From contig CAWIKF010000001.1 in the NCBI GenBank assembly GCA_963836755.1, forward strand, positions 160,001 to 224,000: a stretch of 64,000 nucleotides of DNA. The letters are read 5' to 3'. A program made the translations under genes and the position numbers. Positions within the stretch are counted from its first letter, which is position 1. Each line of letters opens with the position of its first letter. Below, piece after piece: positions 17,547 through 28,077 of the stretch. The DNA comes from an uncultured Verrucomicrobiae bacterium. Lineage in GTDB: Bacteria > Verrucomicrobiota > Verrucomicrobiia > Chthoniobacterales > Chthoniobacteraceae. The notes beneath the pieces are model-generated. The model ran no database searches and was not told where the DNA came from. It saw only the letters and a program-made list of their open reading frames with translations.

Positions 17547-18737
17547 GTGAATCATTTTTGGATTGCCTATCACGCGGTGGTCGTCGCGTTGCTGCTCCTT
17601 TCGCTCGCGATGCTTGCCATCAATCTCACGGGATTTCCGGCGATGAAGCTTCCGAAAAAGTCCGCAAAAATGGATGCAGACGCGCCGCTGATTTCCGTGC
17701 TCGTGCCGGCACGGAATGAAGAGCGGCGGATCGGCGCGTGCGCCGGTTCGCTGCTCGCGCAGGATTATCCAAACTACGAATTGCTTGTGCTCGATGATCG
17801 CTCCGACGACGCGACCGCGGAGATCCTCGAGCAGCTCGGCATTTCCGAAAGCGGCGGAAAAATAGGTCGCAGGCTCAGCGGAACGGAGCTGCCGGCGGGA
17901 TGGACCGGAAAAAATTGGGCTTGCCATCAACTCTCGCAGCAGGCGCGCGGCGAGTGGCTGCTTTTCACCGATGCCGACACGACGCACGCGCCACAAACTT
18001 TGACGGCAGCGATAGCGCTCGCGCGCAAGACGCACGCGGATTTGCTTTCGGCGTGGCCGCTTTTGGTGACGAAAACGTGGAGCGAAAAAGTGGTCATCAC
18101 CGTGCTGCATCTGCTCGGTGTCGTGAATTTCCCGCACGCGCTCGTCGCGTGGCTGCAGCGCGATCCTGCGCGGGCGCGGCGCGTCCCGCCGCAGATTCGG
18201 CGCGCTCTCGGCGGTGCGAATGGCCAGTTTATTCTCTTCCGAAAAAGTTCCTACGACGCGATCGGCGGGCACGCGGCGGTGCGGCATCATCTTGTCGAGG
18301 ACGTGGCACTTGGGCGCGAAGTCGCGCTGCGGATGGGCGAGGGAATGCGCGTGGTCAATTGCGACGGCGGCAGATTTTTGACGGTGCGGATGTATGAAAA
18401 CTTTCGGGAGGTCTGGGAAGGTTTCACGAAAAATGCATGGGCCGCTTTTGAAAATGCGCTCGGGATTTGGTGGACTCTCGGCATCGGACAGTTGTGCATC
18501 TTTCTGTTGCCATTCGTGTTCGTTTGTTTTCCCAGCCAGAGAAAGCCGGCGCTCATCGAGATTGCGCTGATTTATCTGCTGCGAATCATCCTCGCAGTCC
18601 GTTTTCGCACCTCATGGCTCGGCGTCTGGCTGCATCCGCTCGGGCAGGCGCTGGCGATGGCGATCGCGCTCAATAGCTGGTGGCATTCCACGCGCGGCGG
18701 CGTGACGTGGAAGGGGCGCGTCTATCGCACGGAGTAG
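17547..18737 (+). CDS. Glycosyltransferase family 2 (carotenoid/hopanoid GT-like), membrane-bound
   Basis: VLVPARNEE, GWTGKNWACHQL, FTDADT, ANGQF, VEDV. Start uncertain. Confidence 0.9.
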   Translation: MNHFWIAYHAVVVALLLLSLAMLAINLTGFPAMKLPKKSAKMDADAPLISVLVPARNEERRIGACAGSLLAQDYPNYELLVLDDRSDDATAEILEQLGISESGGKIGRRLSGTELPAGWTGKNWACHQLSQQARGEWLLFTDADTTHAPQTLTAAIALARKTHADLLSAWPLLVTKTWSEKVVITVLHLLGVVNFPHALVAWLQRDPARARRVPPQIRRALGGANGQFILFRKSSYDAIGGHAAVRHHLVEDVALGREVALRMGEGMRVVNCDGGRFLTVRMYENFREVWEGFTKNAWAAFENALGIWWTLGIGQLCIFLLPFVFVCFPSQRKPALIEIALIYLLRIILAVRFRTSWLGVWLHPLGQALAMAIALNSWWHSTRGGVTWKGRVYRTE

Positions 18738-18773
18738 TTGCAATTCGTCAGAGCCGACAACATGGTGCGGATT

Positions 18774-19253
18774 ATGACGAGCAGCGATTTCTGGCACGTC
18801 CTGTCGAATCCCTTCACGCTCGGGCTGCTGCTCGGGCTCGTTTTCACAGGCATCGCGCTTTATCAGCTGTTCACGCTGAAGCTCGAGATGAAGCGCTACA
18901 AACGGCATCTCAGCGACAAACTCGAGATCGAGGCGGAGTCGATGAAACGCCTTCGCAGCGAGACAGAAGTTTTGCGAAAGGAAAATGAAAACCTGCGCGT
19001 GAAAGTCGCTGCGCTCAATGAAATGCCCGATCGCCGTGCGCTGCGCGACCTCGAGATTTTCGCGCGCGCCGAAAAGCATATGCTCATTTCCGTTCCCGGT
19101 TTTGCGCCGGCGTGGGAAAGCGCGAAGAACGACGCAGCCGGAGAACTCGCGGATGAGGAAATGGGAAAAAGTTTGCCGCAGCGTGTCTTCACGAAACTTT
19201 TCGGCGCACCGCGTCGCGACGAAAAGGCGCTGCCGGAATCGGAGACGGTTTAG
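18774..19253 (+). CDS. Hypothetical protein, single TM plus coiled coil
   Basis: One hydrophobic segment followed by a charged heptad region; host-like codon use. Confidence 0.8.
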   Translation: MTSSDFWHVLSNPFTLGLLLGLVFTGIALYQLFTLKLEMKRYKRHLSDKLEIEAESMKRLRSETEVLRKENENLRVKVAALNEMPDRRALRDLEIFARAEKHMLISVPGFAPAWESAKNDAAGELADEEMGKSLPQRVFTKLFGAPRRDEKALPESETV

Positions 19254-19317
19254 CGCGGCGGCAGGATGAGGGCGCACCTTGTTTTTTCGCGCGCCGTCCG
19301 TTAAATTTGCAGAAGAA

Positions 19318-19785
19318 ATGAGTAAACCCGTCGTCTTGGTGCAGGTGCGCGCGGTGCTGCCGACGAGCGCCGGACGCGCGGTTTTTCTCGGCAACGACGA
19401 AAAAGTTTTCGTGATTTACGTCGATGAAAGCGTCGGCGCGGCGATCACGATGTTCATGAGCAGCGCGCAAAAAGAGCGGCCGCTCACGCACGACTTGATG
19501 GGGCATCTCATGACCGCACTCGGCGCGCACGTGGAGCGCGTGATTGTCAACGACCTGAAAAGTTCCACCTATTTTGCGCGGCTGATCATCGTGGCTGAAA
19601 ACGAATTGCAGCAACGCAAGATCATCGAGCTGGACGCGCGGCCGAGTGATTGCATTGCGATGGCGGTGGCGCAAAAGGCGCCGATTTACGTGAGCCGCGA
19701 AGTCTGGGACGAAGTCGAGGACATGTCGAATGCGCTGAAAGAAATGTCCGAGGGCAAGAGCGAGGAAGGCGAGAGCGAGGCGTAA
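19318..19785 (+). CDS. Bifunctional nuclease family protein (DUF151)
   Basis: RPLTHDL and DARPSDCIA motifs. Confidence 0.93.
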   Translation: MSKPVVLVQVRAVLPTSAGRAVFLGNDEKVFVIYVDESVGAAITMFMSSAQKERPLTHDLMGHLMTALGAHVERVIVNDLKSSTYFARLIIVAENELQQRKIIELDARPSDCIAMAVAQKAPIYVSREVWDEVEDMSNALKEMSEGKSEEGESEA

Positions 19786-19830
19786 AATTTTTCCGCCGCA
19801 CGCTGAATTTGCGGCGCAAATAATCTGCGG

Positions 19831-20124
19831 TTATTCGGCGTCTTCGCGATCGGCCCCGCACTTTTTGCACGGGCAATCGAGCAGGTCGCAGATCGCGCCA
19901 GTCGGTTCCTCCTTCACGATGAAACGCATGGTGCCATTTGGCAGATCGCGCACGATGAGCAGCAGATGCCGCGGCGCGAGTTCCTCGCGGCTGAGCCGGT
20001 TGAGCTTCGCCAGGAGATCGTGCCGCGTGAGTTCGTTACTGGAATGCTGGCGTGCGAGCTGAGACAGAACGATTCGAACTATCTCGGGCGGACGCCGATC
20101 CCGCGTTGCAGGGAAACTTGCCAT
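19831..20124 (-). CDS. Hypothetical protein (97 aa)
   Basis: Fills the gap downstream of the response regulator; plausible composition, C-terminal CPCKKC. Confidence 0.55.
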   Translation of the reverse strand: MASFPATRDRRPPEIVRIVLSQLARQHSSNELTRHDLLAKLNRLSREELAPRHLLLIVRDLPNGTMRFIVKEEPTGAICDLLDCPCKKCGADREDAE

Positions 20125-20194
20125 GATTCATTCTCCACCCAGCGGCGGAAATGAGGTATCGGGCGGCGGCAGGAAAACTACATCCAAAGTTTCC

Positions 20195-20914
20195 CTATCC
20201 GCGGGGCGAGGCGGCGAACGAGCGATGGCCGTCGTGATTTCCCTCACTCTCGTGCTCGACCCAAAGCGTCGCGTGCTGAACCATTTCCAGTGCGCTGCTG
20301 AGGTTCAGCTTTTCCTTGATGTGCGCGCGATGACTCTCGACCGTCTTCGGACTGAGGTGCAATGCGGCCGCGATGTTGCGCGTGCTTTTTCCAGTGCCGA
20401 GCATTTCAAAAATTTCGATCTCGCGGTCGCTGAGCAATTGCAGCGGCGAAGGCGAAGCCGTTTTGCCCGGACCGCAGGTGCCGAGCGCCTTGTGAAAAAT
20501 TGCGCCGACGATGTTTTTGCTGACGTGATAATCGCCCGCGAATGCTTTGCGCAGGGCGGCGATGACTTCGGCGACGCTCTCTTTTTTCATCACATAGCCG
20601 AGCGCGCCGGCGCGCAACGCGCGTTCCGCGTAGATGCTTTCGTCATGCATCGAGAGGACGACGGCGGCGATGCGCGGATGCTGCGCCTTCATGTTTTTTA
20701 AAAACTCGATGCCGTTCATTCCGGGCAGCGAAATGTCCGAGACGAGCGCGTCGGGCAGCAGCGCGTTGATTGCGGAGAGCGCCTCAATCGCATTTTCGGC
20801 TTCGCCGCAAACTTCCATGTCCGGCTCCTGCTCGATGTAGAGCTTCAGCGCCTGCCGGACGATACAATGATCTTCAACGATGAAGATTCGCTTCTTTGCC
20901 TGTGCTTTTTTCAT
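20195..20914 (-). CDS. NarL/LuxR-family response regulator
   Basis: IVEDH, SDISLPGMNG, LSDREIE...LSPKTVESHRAHIKEKL. Confidence 0.95.
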   Translation of the reverse strand: MKKAQAKKRIFIVEDHCIVRQALKLYIEQEPDMEVCGEAENAIEALSAINALLPDALVSDISLPGMNGIEFLKNMKAQHPRIAAVVLSMHDESIYAERALRAGALGYVMKKESVAEVIAALRKAFAGDYHVSKNIVGAIFHKALGTCGPGKTASPSPLQLLSDREIEIFEMLGTGKSTRNIAAALHLSPKTVESHRAHIKEKLNLSSALEMVQHATLWVEHESEGNHDGHRSFAASPRG

Positions 20915-22424
20915 CGAGTTGACCGAGTTTCTTTTCGGAAAAAACGCAGAGCACCTTCGTCCCGCGTTTCCCCGCCGCGCAGGCTTCAAAGGAGCCGCCG
21001 AGCAGGTTCGTGCGGTATTGCATCGAGTGGAGACCGATGCCGTGTTTCTTTGCCGATGCGCGCAGGATGCCGACGCCGTCATCGGAAATGCTCAGGCGGA
21101 TCGAGCCATCCACCTGGCTGAGATCAATGGCGATGTGCCGCGCGCGGCTGTGGCGCACGGCGTTGTTCACCGCTTCCTGCGCGATGCGGTAGAGATGAAT
21201 GGCGGCGTTTTTGTCCGCGATGGAAATTTGGCCGGACATAGTGAATGTGCACGGAATTTCGCAGCGCACGCTGGTTTCGGCTGCAAGATCTTCGAGCGCC
21301 CATGCCAGTCCATCGCGGCCGACTTTTACCGGAAAAAGTCCAGCGGCCAGCTGCCGCATTTCATCGGCGCTGTCGCGGACCATTCGCGAAAGGTCGCGAA
21401 CTTTTTCCGCGAGAAGCGGGTGATCGCGATCGAGATCACGCGCGATCACCTCGGCCAGCATCGCGAGGCCGGTGAAACTTTGGCACGGGCCGTCGTGCAA
21501 ATCCTGGCCGATGCGCGATTGCTCGCGCTCGCCGATCTCGAGCACTTCGCGCTGGAGCTGCTTTATCTCCGTCACATCCTGGCCGATCATCAGCACGCAC
21601 GGGCGGCCCTCGAGCTCGATCAATTCCGCCGCGATCAAGAAATCGCGCATCGCGCCGGACTTTGTCCGCACTTGCGATTCGTATCCGCGGATCGTGCCGG
21701 CTCTTTGCAGATCGGCGACCCGCTGATCGCGCGCCGTTTCATCAGCGTGAAAACCGAGCTCGATCGAAGTGTGGCCGATCGTTTCCTTGCGCGAAAATCC
21801 GGTGATCTTGCAGAAGCTCGCGTTCACATCGAGGAAGCGCCCATCCTCCAGCGACGTGATGGCGATGGCGCTCGGGCTCGCGCGGAACGCGATCGCGAAG
21901 CGCTCCTCGGATTGCCGCAGCGCGCGCTCGGTGCGACGGCGGTCGGAAATATCGCGCAGCACCGAGCGGCTCACCGTCTGGCCCGTGTGCGTGTCGATCA
22001 CCGGCACGCTGAGGAACTCGATCAACGGACGCTTCCGGCCGGGCGGTCCGATGTTGATTTCGCAGACATTTTTTTCGCGGGCGCTTCGGCAAAGGCGCAG
22101 ATGATTGAGAAAAGTCGGCATGCACGCTTTTTCCACAAACGGCAGCAGCGGCACGCCGATGAGGTGCATCCGCTCCTTGCCGAGAAGCCGCGCGGCCGTG
22201 ACGTTCAGCTCGAGGATGCAGCCGTGGTCATCGAGCGTGACGCAGCCGAACGGCGCGAAATCATAATGGTCGGCGTAATGGCTGCGCGCCTCCTCGAGCA
22301 ATTGCACAGTGCGCTCGAGCTCGAGGATTTTGCGCTCGAGCTCGGCGGGATCGGAGTGGCGCGTCGCGCGTCGTAGCGGCGGTGCGGGCCGGGATTTTCC
22401 ACGGCCCGAAATCCGGCCGCTCAT
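20874..22424 (-). CDS. PAS-domain sensor histidine kinase (HisKA_3 type)
   Basis: Two PAS-like regions, RIGQDLHDG, QEAVNNAVRHS, DDGVG, GIGL. Confidence 0.93.
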   Translation of the reverse strand: MSGRISGRGKSRPAPPLRRATRHSDPAELERKILELERTVQLLEEARSHYADHYDFAPFGCVTLDDHGCILELNVTAARLLGKERMHLIGVPLLPFVEKACMPTFLNHLRLCRSAREKNVCEINIGPPGRKRPLIEFLSVPVIDTHTGQTVSRSVLRDISDRRRTERALRQSEERFAIAFRASPSAIAITSLEDGRFLDVNASFCKITGFSRKETIGHTSIELGFHADETARDQRVADLQRAGTIRGYESQVRTKSGAMRDFLIAAELIELEGRPCVLMIGQDVTEIKQLQREVLEIGEREQSRIGQDLHDGPCQSFTGLAMLAEVIARDLDRDHPLLAEKVRDLSRMVRDSADEMRQLAAGLFPVKVGRDGLAWALEDLAAETSVRCEIPCTFTMSGQISIADKNAAIHLYRIAQEAVNNAVRHSRARHIAIDLSQVDGSIRLSISDDGVGILRASAKKHGIGLHSMQYRTNLLGGSFEACAAGKRGTKVLCVFSEKKLGQLDEKSTGKEANLHR

Positions 22425-25345
22425 CCCGGCTGCTCCTCGATCGAGAGCAGGATCACCGGCTCGCCCTGCACGTCATGGTCGATGCGGCGCGCATTGAGCA
22501 GCATCCGCTTTTTTCCGATCTGCGGAAAAGTGTGGATGACCTCGAAATCCTGCACGCGCGTTTTTTTCGGCAGGATTTTTTCCAGCAGCGACCGGAGTTG
22601 CGGGATGTCCCACTGGCCGTTGCCGAGATCGTAGAGCAATTGCCCCTCGGTCTGCCGCGCGGTCACGACGAACGTTTTGTAAAATGCTGCGGTCGCCCAT
22701 TTCACGCGCAGCTCGCCATCGAGCACGAGAAATGACCCGCGCACCGTCTCCACGAACGCCTCCGCGTATGCGCGCGCCTGCTCCCTGTGCTTCGCCTCGC
22801 GCCGTGCCGCGTCGATGTCGAAAAGAATCAGCAGCACGCCGGTGATCTGGTTTTCCGAAGTCTCATACGGGCGCACCTGCAGCCGCCACCAATGGCCATC
22901 CTCGCCGCGCACCTCCGCCTCGCGCGTGTGCAGATGCGTGAGCACGTCGCGCAACATTTTCTCCAGATCCGGCAGATCGAAACCGAGTCGCAGGTTCGTG
23001 ATCGGGCGGCCCAAGTCGCCCGCGACAAGCTTGAACATTTTCTCCGCGACGGGCGTGAAACGGCGGATGCCCAGGTCGCGGTCGAGCATCACGATCGGGA
23101 TGTTCACGCTGCGCAAAAGATTGACGAGATCGTTGTTCACCTCGCCGAGATCGAGGTTCGTGTGCTTGAGTTCCTCGTTGACGGTTGTCAATTCCTCGTT
23201 CGTCGATTGCAATTCCTCCTTCGCCGTCTCGAGTTCCTCGTTCGTGCTTTGCAGTTCCTCGTTGCTCGACTGGATTTCCTCATTCGCCGAGCGCAATTCC
23301 TCGTTCGTCGCCTCGTGCTCCTCGATGACCGATTGCAAATGCTCGCGGCTCGCGGCCAGCTCATCCTCGAGCTGCTTCGCCCGCTCGTCACCGCCTTTCA
23401 ACCCGCCGCGCGCAGGCCGTGCGGATGGCGCCGGCTCCGGCGGACGCTCCTCGAAAAGCACCACGAAACAATGCTCACGCAACGCCGGCGAACCGAGCGG
23501 GATGACGTCGATATTCACGAACCGCGGCGGGCTCCCGCCGTGGCCGTTGATGCGGACATTTTCCTTGCGCACGGGCGAACCGATTTTTTTCGCGCGATTG
23601 ATCGCCGCCCGCAGCTCGATCTCAATCGCCGGCCGCGTCATGCGGAAAAGATTCAAGCTCGCCTCGCCCGACGATGGATCGAGAAAAGGCGCGACGCTGC
23701 CGCGGAACTGGATGATTTCCAGATTCTCGCCAACGACGATCGCTGGCGGACAATAGCGCGCCATCAACAGGCGGTCCGCCTCTTTTTGCACATCCAGCCG
23801 GCTCCAGATTTCCTTCTCGCCGCGCGGTTCGCCCGCCGAGCCGTGCGGCGCGGGCATTTCGAGATGTTCTTCCAAAACGGGATCGCCGGCACCGGCGCGC
23901 CGCACGAAGATTTTGTTTTTCGCATCCACGCTCTCGAAAATATCCGAGAACGCGCCGATCGATTCCGCGCTGCCGAGCAGCAGCCAGCCGCCGGGCTTGA
24001 GCGCGTAGTGAAAGATCGGGATCAACTTTTTCTGCGCCACCGGCTCGAAATAGATGAGCACATTGCGGCAGCTCACGAGATCGATCTTTGAAAACGGCGG
24101 GTCCTTGATCACATTCTGCCGCGCGAAGACGCACCGGTCGCGCACGGCCTTGCTGATCTGCCAGCCGGTTTCCGTGCGATTGAAAAAACGCCGCAGCCGC
24201 TCCGGCGAGACCTGCGCCTCGATACTCGCGGGAAAAATTCCTTTCCGCGCCTGCTCGACCACCCGCTCGCTCACGTCCGTCCCGAAAATCTGGATCGCAG
24301 GCGCGCCCGGCGTGTCACCCATGTATTCCAGCAGGCTGATCGCCAGCGAATACGCCTCCTCGCCCGTCGAGCAGCCGGGCACCCAGACGCGCACCGTGCG
24401 ATTCTGCCCGCGCTCCCGCATCAGCGCCGGATAGACCAGCCTTTCCATCGCCGCGAACGTTTCCGGCTCGCGGAAAAAACTGGTCACGTGGATGAGCGCG
24501 TCCTGGTAGGCCGCGTCCACCTCGTCGGGATGCGTCTGGAGATATTCGGCGTATTGCTCGTGATCGTCGATCCGGTGCACCACCATCCGGCGCTCGATGC
24601 GCCGGTGGATCGTCGTCTGTTTGTATTGGCTGAAATCGACACCCGTCGCGCTGCGCAACAGCGAGTAGATCTTTTTCAATCCATCCACCGGCGCCTCTCC
24701 GGCCTGCGGCTGCCGCCCTTTTACCACGAAGGGATGCTTGCCGAGCCGTGCGATCTCCTCCGCGATCTTCGCAGGCGGCAGCACGAAATCGACGCAGCCC
24801 GACCTCACGGCGCTGCGCGGCATGCCGGGATATTTCGCCGATTTTTCATCCTGCGCAAAGGTGATGCCGCCGTTGGCCTTGATCGCCATCAAGCCTTCCG
24901 TGCCGTCGCTCGCGTTGCCGGAAAGCACCACGCCGATCGACGTCCCGTCGCATTCGCCGGAGAGCGAGCGGAAAAATTCATCGATCGGCAGATGCGGGCC
25001 GTTGGTTTTCCCGCGCGGCCGCAGATGCAGCATCTCCCTGTCAATCCGCATCTCCACATTCGGCGGGATGATGTAAACGTGATCGCGCTCCACATGCATC
25101 CCATCGGTCGCCTCCGCCACCGGCATTTTCGTCGAGCGCTGGAGGATCGCGCTCAGGTGGCTCGGATGTTTCGGGTCGAGATGCTGCACCAGCGCAAAAG
25201 CGAGGCCGGTGCGCGCCGGGAGATGCTTGAAAAGTTCCGTGCAAGCCTCCAGCCCGCCCGCGGATGCGCCGATGCCGACCACTGGGCACGCCTCGGTGGG
25301 GCGGGGCTTCGATCCTTTCGCGCGGGAGGGACGCTTGCTAGCCAT
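22421..25345 (-). CDS. CheB methylesterase / CheR methyltransferase fusion with coiled coil and PAS domains
   Basis: GIGASAGGLEA, QHLDP, DGTEG (CheB); VTSFFREP, GCSTGEEAYS, SCRNVLIYF (CheR); NEELQSTNEE heptads. Confidence 0.95.
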   Translation of the reverse strand: MASKRPSRAKGSKPRPTEACPVVGIGASAGGLEACTELFKHLPARTGLAFALVQHLDPKHPSHLSAILQRSTKMPVAEATDGMHVERDHVYIIPPNVEMRIDREMLHLRPRGKTNGPHLPIDEFFRSLSGECDGTSIGVVLSGNASDGTEGLMAIKANGGITFAQDEKSAKYPGMPRSAVRSGCVDFVLPPAKIAEEIARLGKHPFVVKGRQPQAGEAPVDGLKKIYSLLRSATGVDFSQYKQTTIHRRIERRMVVHRIDDHEQYAEYLQTHPDEVDAAYQDALIHVTSFFREPETFAAMERLVYPALMRERGQNRTVRVWVPGCSTGEEAYSLAISLLEYMGDTPGAPAIQIFGTDVSERVVEQARKGIFPASIEAQVSPERLRRFFNRTETGWQISKAVRDRCVFARQNVIKDPPFSKIDLVSCRNVLIYFEPVAQKKLIPIFHYALKPGGWLLLGSAESIGAFSDIFESVDAKNKIFVRRAGAGDPVLEEHLEMPAPHGSAGEPRGEKEIWSRLDVQKEADRLLMARYCPPAIVVGENLEIIQFRGSVAPFLDPSSGEASLNLFRMTRPAIEIELRAAINRAKKIGSPVRKENVRINGHGGSPPRFVNIDVIPLGSPALREHCFVVLFEERPPEPAPSARPARGGLKGGDERAKQLEDELAASREHLQSVIEEHEATNEELRSANEEIQSSNEELQSTNEELETAKEELQSTNEELTTVNEELKHTNLDLGEVNNDLVNLLRSVNIPIVMLDRDLGIRRFTPVAEKMFKLVAGDLGRPITNLRLGFDLPDLEKMLRDVLTHLHTREAEVRGEDGHWWRLQVRPYETSENQITGVLLILFDIDAARREAKHREQARAYAEAFVETVRGSFLVLDGELRVKWATAAFYKTFVVTARQTEGQLLYDLGNGQWDIPQLRSLLEKILPKKTRVQDFEVIHTFPQIGKKRMLLNARRIDHDVQGEPVILLSIEEQPG

Positions 25346-25837
25346 CTTGGTCAATAGAAAAGGTTATCTGCAAAGATTTCGCAACGATATTTCCCGCGCC
25401 AATTCGCAGACAGATGCGCGGCTGCATCGACGGCAAACTTTTAAAAATTCCCGCGCCAGAATGCATCTTCCGCGCCACGCCCTCAAAAGGGTGCGGAAAA
25501 CCACCCACACATAGCAGGAATTATAAATTCTTGAGCTGTTCACGCAATTCTGGGGTAAAAAAGACGTTTTCTTCAGGTGTTGGGACCAATAGCGAGCGAG
25601 AAATTCGCACTCTTGAGGATCTCGAAAAATTCAGGCAACAAAATGGCAGTTTAAGGACCATTTTCAATACACTCAGGGACAAATTTCTCATTTTCGAGAA
25701 GCGATAAGTCCCGACCATGTCAGGAATTTCCGGCGGAAGCACTGGTGTGGTCACAAAACCTCTTCCGGTTTCGCCGGAAGCTCGTGTGTGGAGCTGTTGA
25801 TAAAATCGGTTGTAATTCACGTTCGTTTCGAAACCAT

Positions 25838-26794
25838 TCAGCCCTCAAAAGAAGCTTTTTCGACCGCCTTTTCGCCAGTCACGCCGACATTTTTAAATTC
25901 TTCAAAGGCCGGCTTGCGTGTCCCGTCGTGGCGGACGAGGCCCATGTGGTATTCGTGCTCGTCCACATGAAAACCCTCGATCGACTCGCGCGCCGGGTCG
26001 AGGTCCTGCAGGCAATACCAATAGACGCGCTCGCACGGCGCGGCGGCGGCTTCGTGCAAAAGCGAGCATTGCAGGTCGAGCCGCGCCTCGCATTTCTCCG
26101 CGCACGACCAGGTGGCGTAGCCGGTCTCGGTGATCCAGACCGGCTTTTGCGCGCGCTCGGCGATGCAATCGATTTTTTCGCGCCAGCCGTGCCAGTGCGA
26201 ATGCCATTCCCAGTTCGGGTGGTCCTCCCACCACATCTCTGGAAAGCCGTGGATCGCCACCACGTCGATGTGCGCGAGCGCGCCCGCGCGGCGCATGATT
26301 TCAAGCCAATGCGGATCGACAGGCATCATTCCGCCGAGCACCGTGCGGCGTCCGCGCTTTTTCGCCCAATGCGCGGCATCGCCGATCATGTGCGCGAACT
26401 TTAACCAGCCGGGGTCGCAGCGCTCGAAGTCCCATTTGTAGCGGTTGTTCGGCTCGTTCCAGAGCTCCAGCGTTTCAAAGTCCGCGCCGTGCCGCGTGAG
26501 GATGAGGTCGATGAAATCCGCATAATCGCGCAGCCGCCGCGGCGGGCTCGCGCACGTGCCGCGCTCGGCGATGGATGGCGGCGTGTGCCAGATGGAGAGC
26601 AGCACCTCGAACTCCGCGAGCTGCGTCATCTGCCATTCATACCATTCGCGCCCGCGCGGCCGCAGATAATCCGCCCACGAGATGCCGGTGCGCAGCTGCT
26701 TCACGCCCAGCTCGCGCAGCAGCGCCACCGCGCGCTCGACGGCCTCGTGGTCCTCGTAATGAAACCACTGGCAGAGACCGAAATTGCCCCTCAT
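25838..26794 (-). CDS. Clan GH-A glycoside hydrolase (beta-xylosidase-like)
   Basis: LRTGISWAD, ELWNEPNN (acid/base), VWITETGY (nucleophile). Confidence 0.85.
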   Translation of the reverse strand: MRGNFGLCQWFHYEDHEAVERAVALLRELGVKQLRTGISWADYLRPRGREWYEWQMTQLAEFEVLLSIWHTPPSIAERGTCASPPRRLRDYADFIDLILTRHGADFETLELWNEPNNRYKWDFERCDPGWLKFAHMIGDAAHWAKKRGRRTVLGGMMPVDPHWLEIMRRAGALAHIDVVAIHGFPEMWWEDHPNWEWHSHWHGWREKIDCIAERAQKPVWITETGYATWSCAEKCEARLDLQCSLLHEAAAAPCERVYWYCLQDLDPARESIEGFHVDEHEYHMGLVRHDGTRKPAFEEFKNVGVTGEKAVEKASFEG

Positions 26795-26961
26795 CGCACA
26801 CAAGTCGCACGTCGTCCGCGGAGCGGTCGTCGGTGGGGCAAAAATCGGGATTTTTCCCCTCCCGCCGGTAGGGGGTGCTCCTGACGCACAAACGTGGGGG
26901 TGACAGCGATTTTGATGGCAGCGGAGATATGGGCAAATCCCACCCGCTTATTGAATAGCCT

Positions 26962-28077
26962 ATGAAAAATGTTCTCATCACTGGCGGTGCCGGATTCGTC
27001 GGTTCACACCTCGCCGATGACCTTCTTTCGCGCGGCCACCGCGTGCGCGTCCTCGATAGCCTCAGCCCGCAAGTCCACGGCGACGACGCCGTGCGCCCGG
27101 CGTATCTCGATGGCGGCGTCGATCTGATCGCCGCCGATGTGCGCGACACGGATGCGCTCTCGCGCGCGCTGCGCGACATCGATGTCGTCTATCATTTCGC
27201 AGCCGCGGTCGGCGTCGGGCAGAGCATGTATGAAATCGCGCGATACACGGACGTGAACGGCATGGGAACCGCGCTGTTGCTCGAGGCGCTCGCGCGGCAT
27301 CCGGTCGAGCGGCTCGTGGTCGCGTCGAGCATGAGCATTTACGGCGAGGGCTTTTATAAAAACGCGAAAGGTCGCCGCATCCCCGGCCACGAGCGGAGCG
27401 TCGCGCAGCTCAGGCGTCGCGACTGGGAAGTGCGCGGCGACGACGGCGAAGCATTAACGCCGATAGCTACAGACGAAAGCAAGTGCCCAGCGCTGCCGTC
27501 GGTCTACGCGATCTCGAAATATCACCAGGAACGCCTCTGCATGACGGTCGCCCCGGCATACAACATCGAGCCGGTCGCGCTCCGTTTTTTCAACATCTAC
27601 GGCCCGCGCCAGGCACTCTCGAATCCCTACACGGGCGTGCTCGCAATCTTTGCCTCGCGGTTTTTAAACGATCGCCCGCCGCTGATCAACGAGGATGGAA
27701 ATCAGCGCCGCGATTTCGTAAGCGTTTACGATATCGCGCAGGCGTGCCGGCTCGCGATGGAAGTGCCGGACGCCGCGGGAAAGGTTTTCAACATCGGCAG
27801 CGGCCAGTCGTGGTCGGTGCGCGAGATCGCGGAAAAATTCGCGCGCGTGCTCGGCAGACAACATCTCGAGCCGGAGATCACCGGCAAATATCGGATCGGC
27901 GACATCCGCAATTGCTTCGCGGACATCACGCTCGCGCGCCGCGTGCTCGGCTACGAGCCGCGCGTGGAACTCGACGACGGCCTGGCCGATCTCGCGGAAT
28001 CGCTCGAGGGACAAATCGCGATTGATCGCGTGGACGAATCGCGCCAGGAGCTCGCAGTCCGGGGGCTTGCGATATGA
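26962..28077 (+). CDS. NAD-dependent nucleotide-sugar epimerase/dehydratase
   Basis: TGGAGFVG, YAISK, FFNIYGPRQ. Confidence 0.95.
   Translation: MKNVLITGGAGFVGSHLADDLLSRGHRVRVLDSLSPQVHGDDAVRPAYLDGGVDLIAADVRDTDALSRALRDIDVVYHFAAAVGVGQSMYEIARYTDVNGMGTALLLEALARHPVERLVVASSMSIYGEGFYKNAKGRRIPGHERSVAQLRRRDWEVRGDDGEALTPIATDESKCPALPSVYAISKYHQERLCMTVAPAYNIEPVALRFFNIYGPRQALSNPYTGVLAIFASRFLNDRPPLINEDGNQRRDFVSVYDIAQACRLAMEVPDAAGKVFNIGSGQSWSVREIAEKFARVLGRQHLEPEITGKYRIGDIRNCFADITLARRVLGYEPRVELDDGLADLAESLEGQIAIDRVDESRQELAVRGLAI

Noticed and set aside
23170..23320. 21-bp periodic repeats inside the CheBR gene
   Set aside because: These are the coding NEELQST heptads typical of CheB/CheR fusions; unrelated in sequence to the 895-1144 array.
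20880..24091. Long plus-strand ORFs (498, 434, 313 aa)
   Set aside because: Antisense shadows of GC-rich genes with clear motifs on the minus strand.
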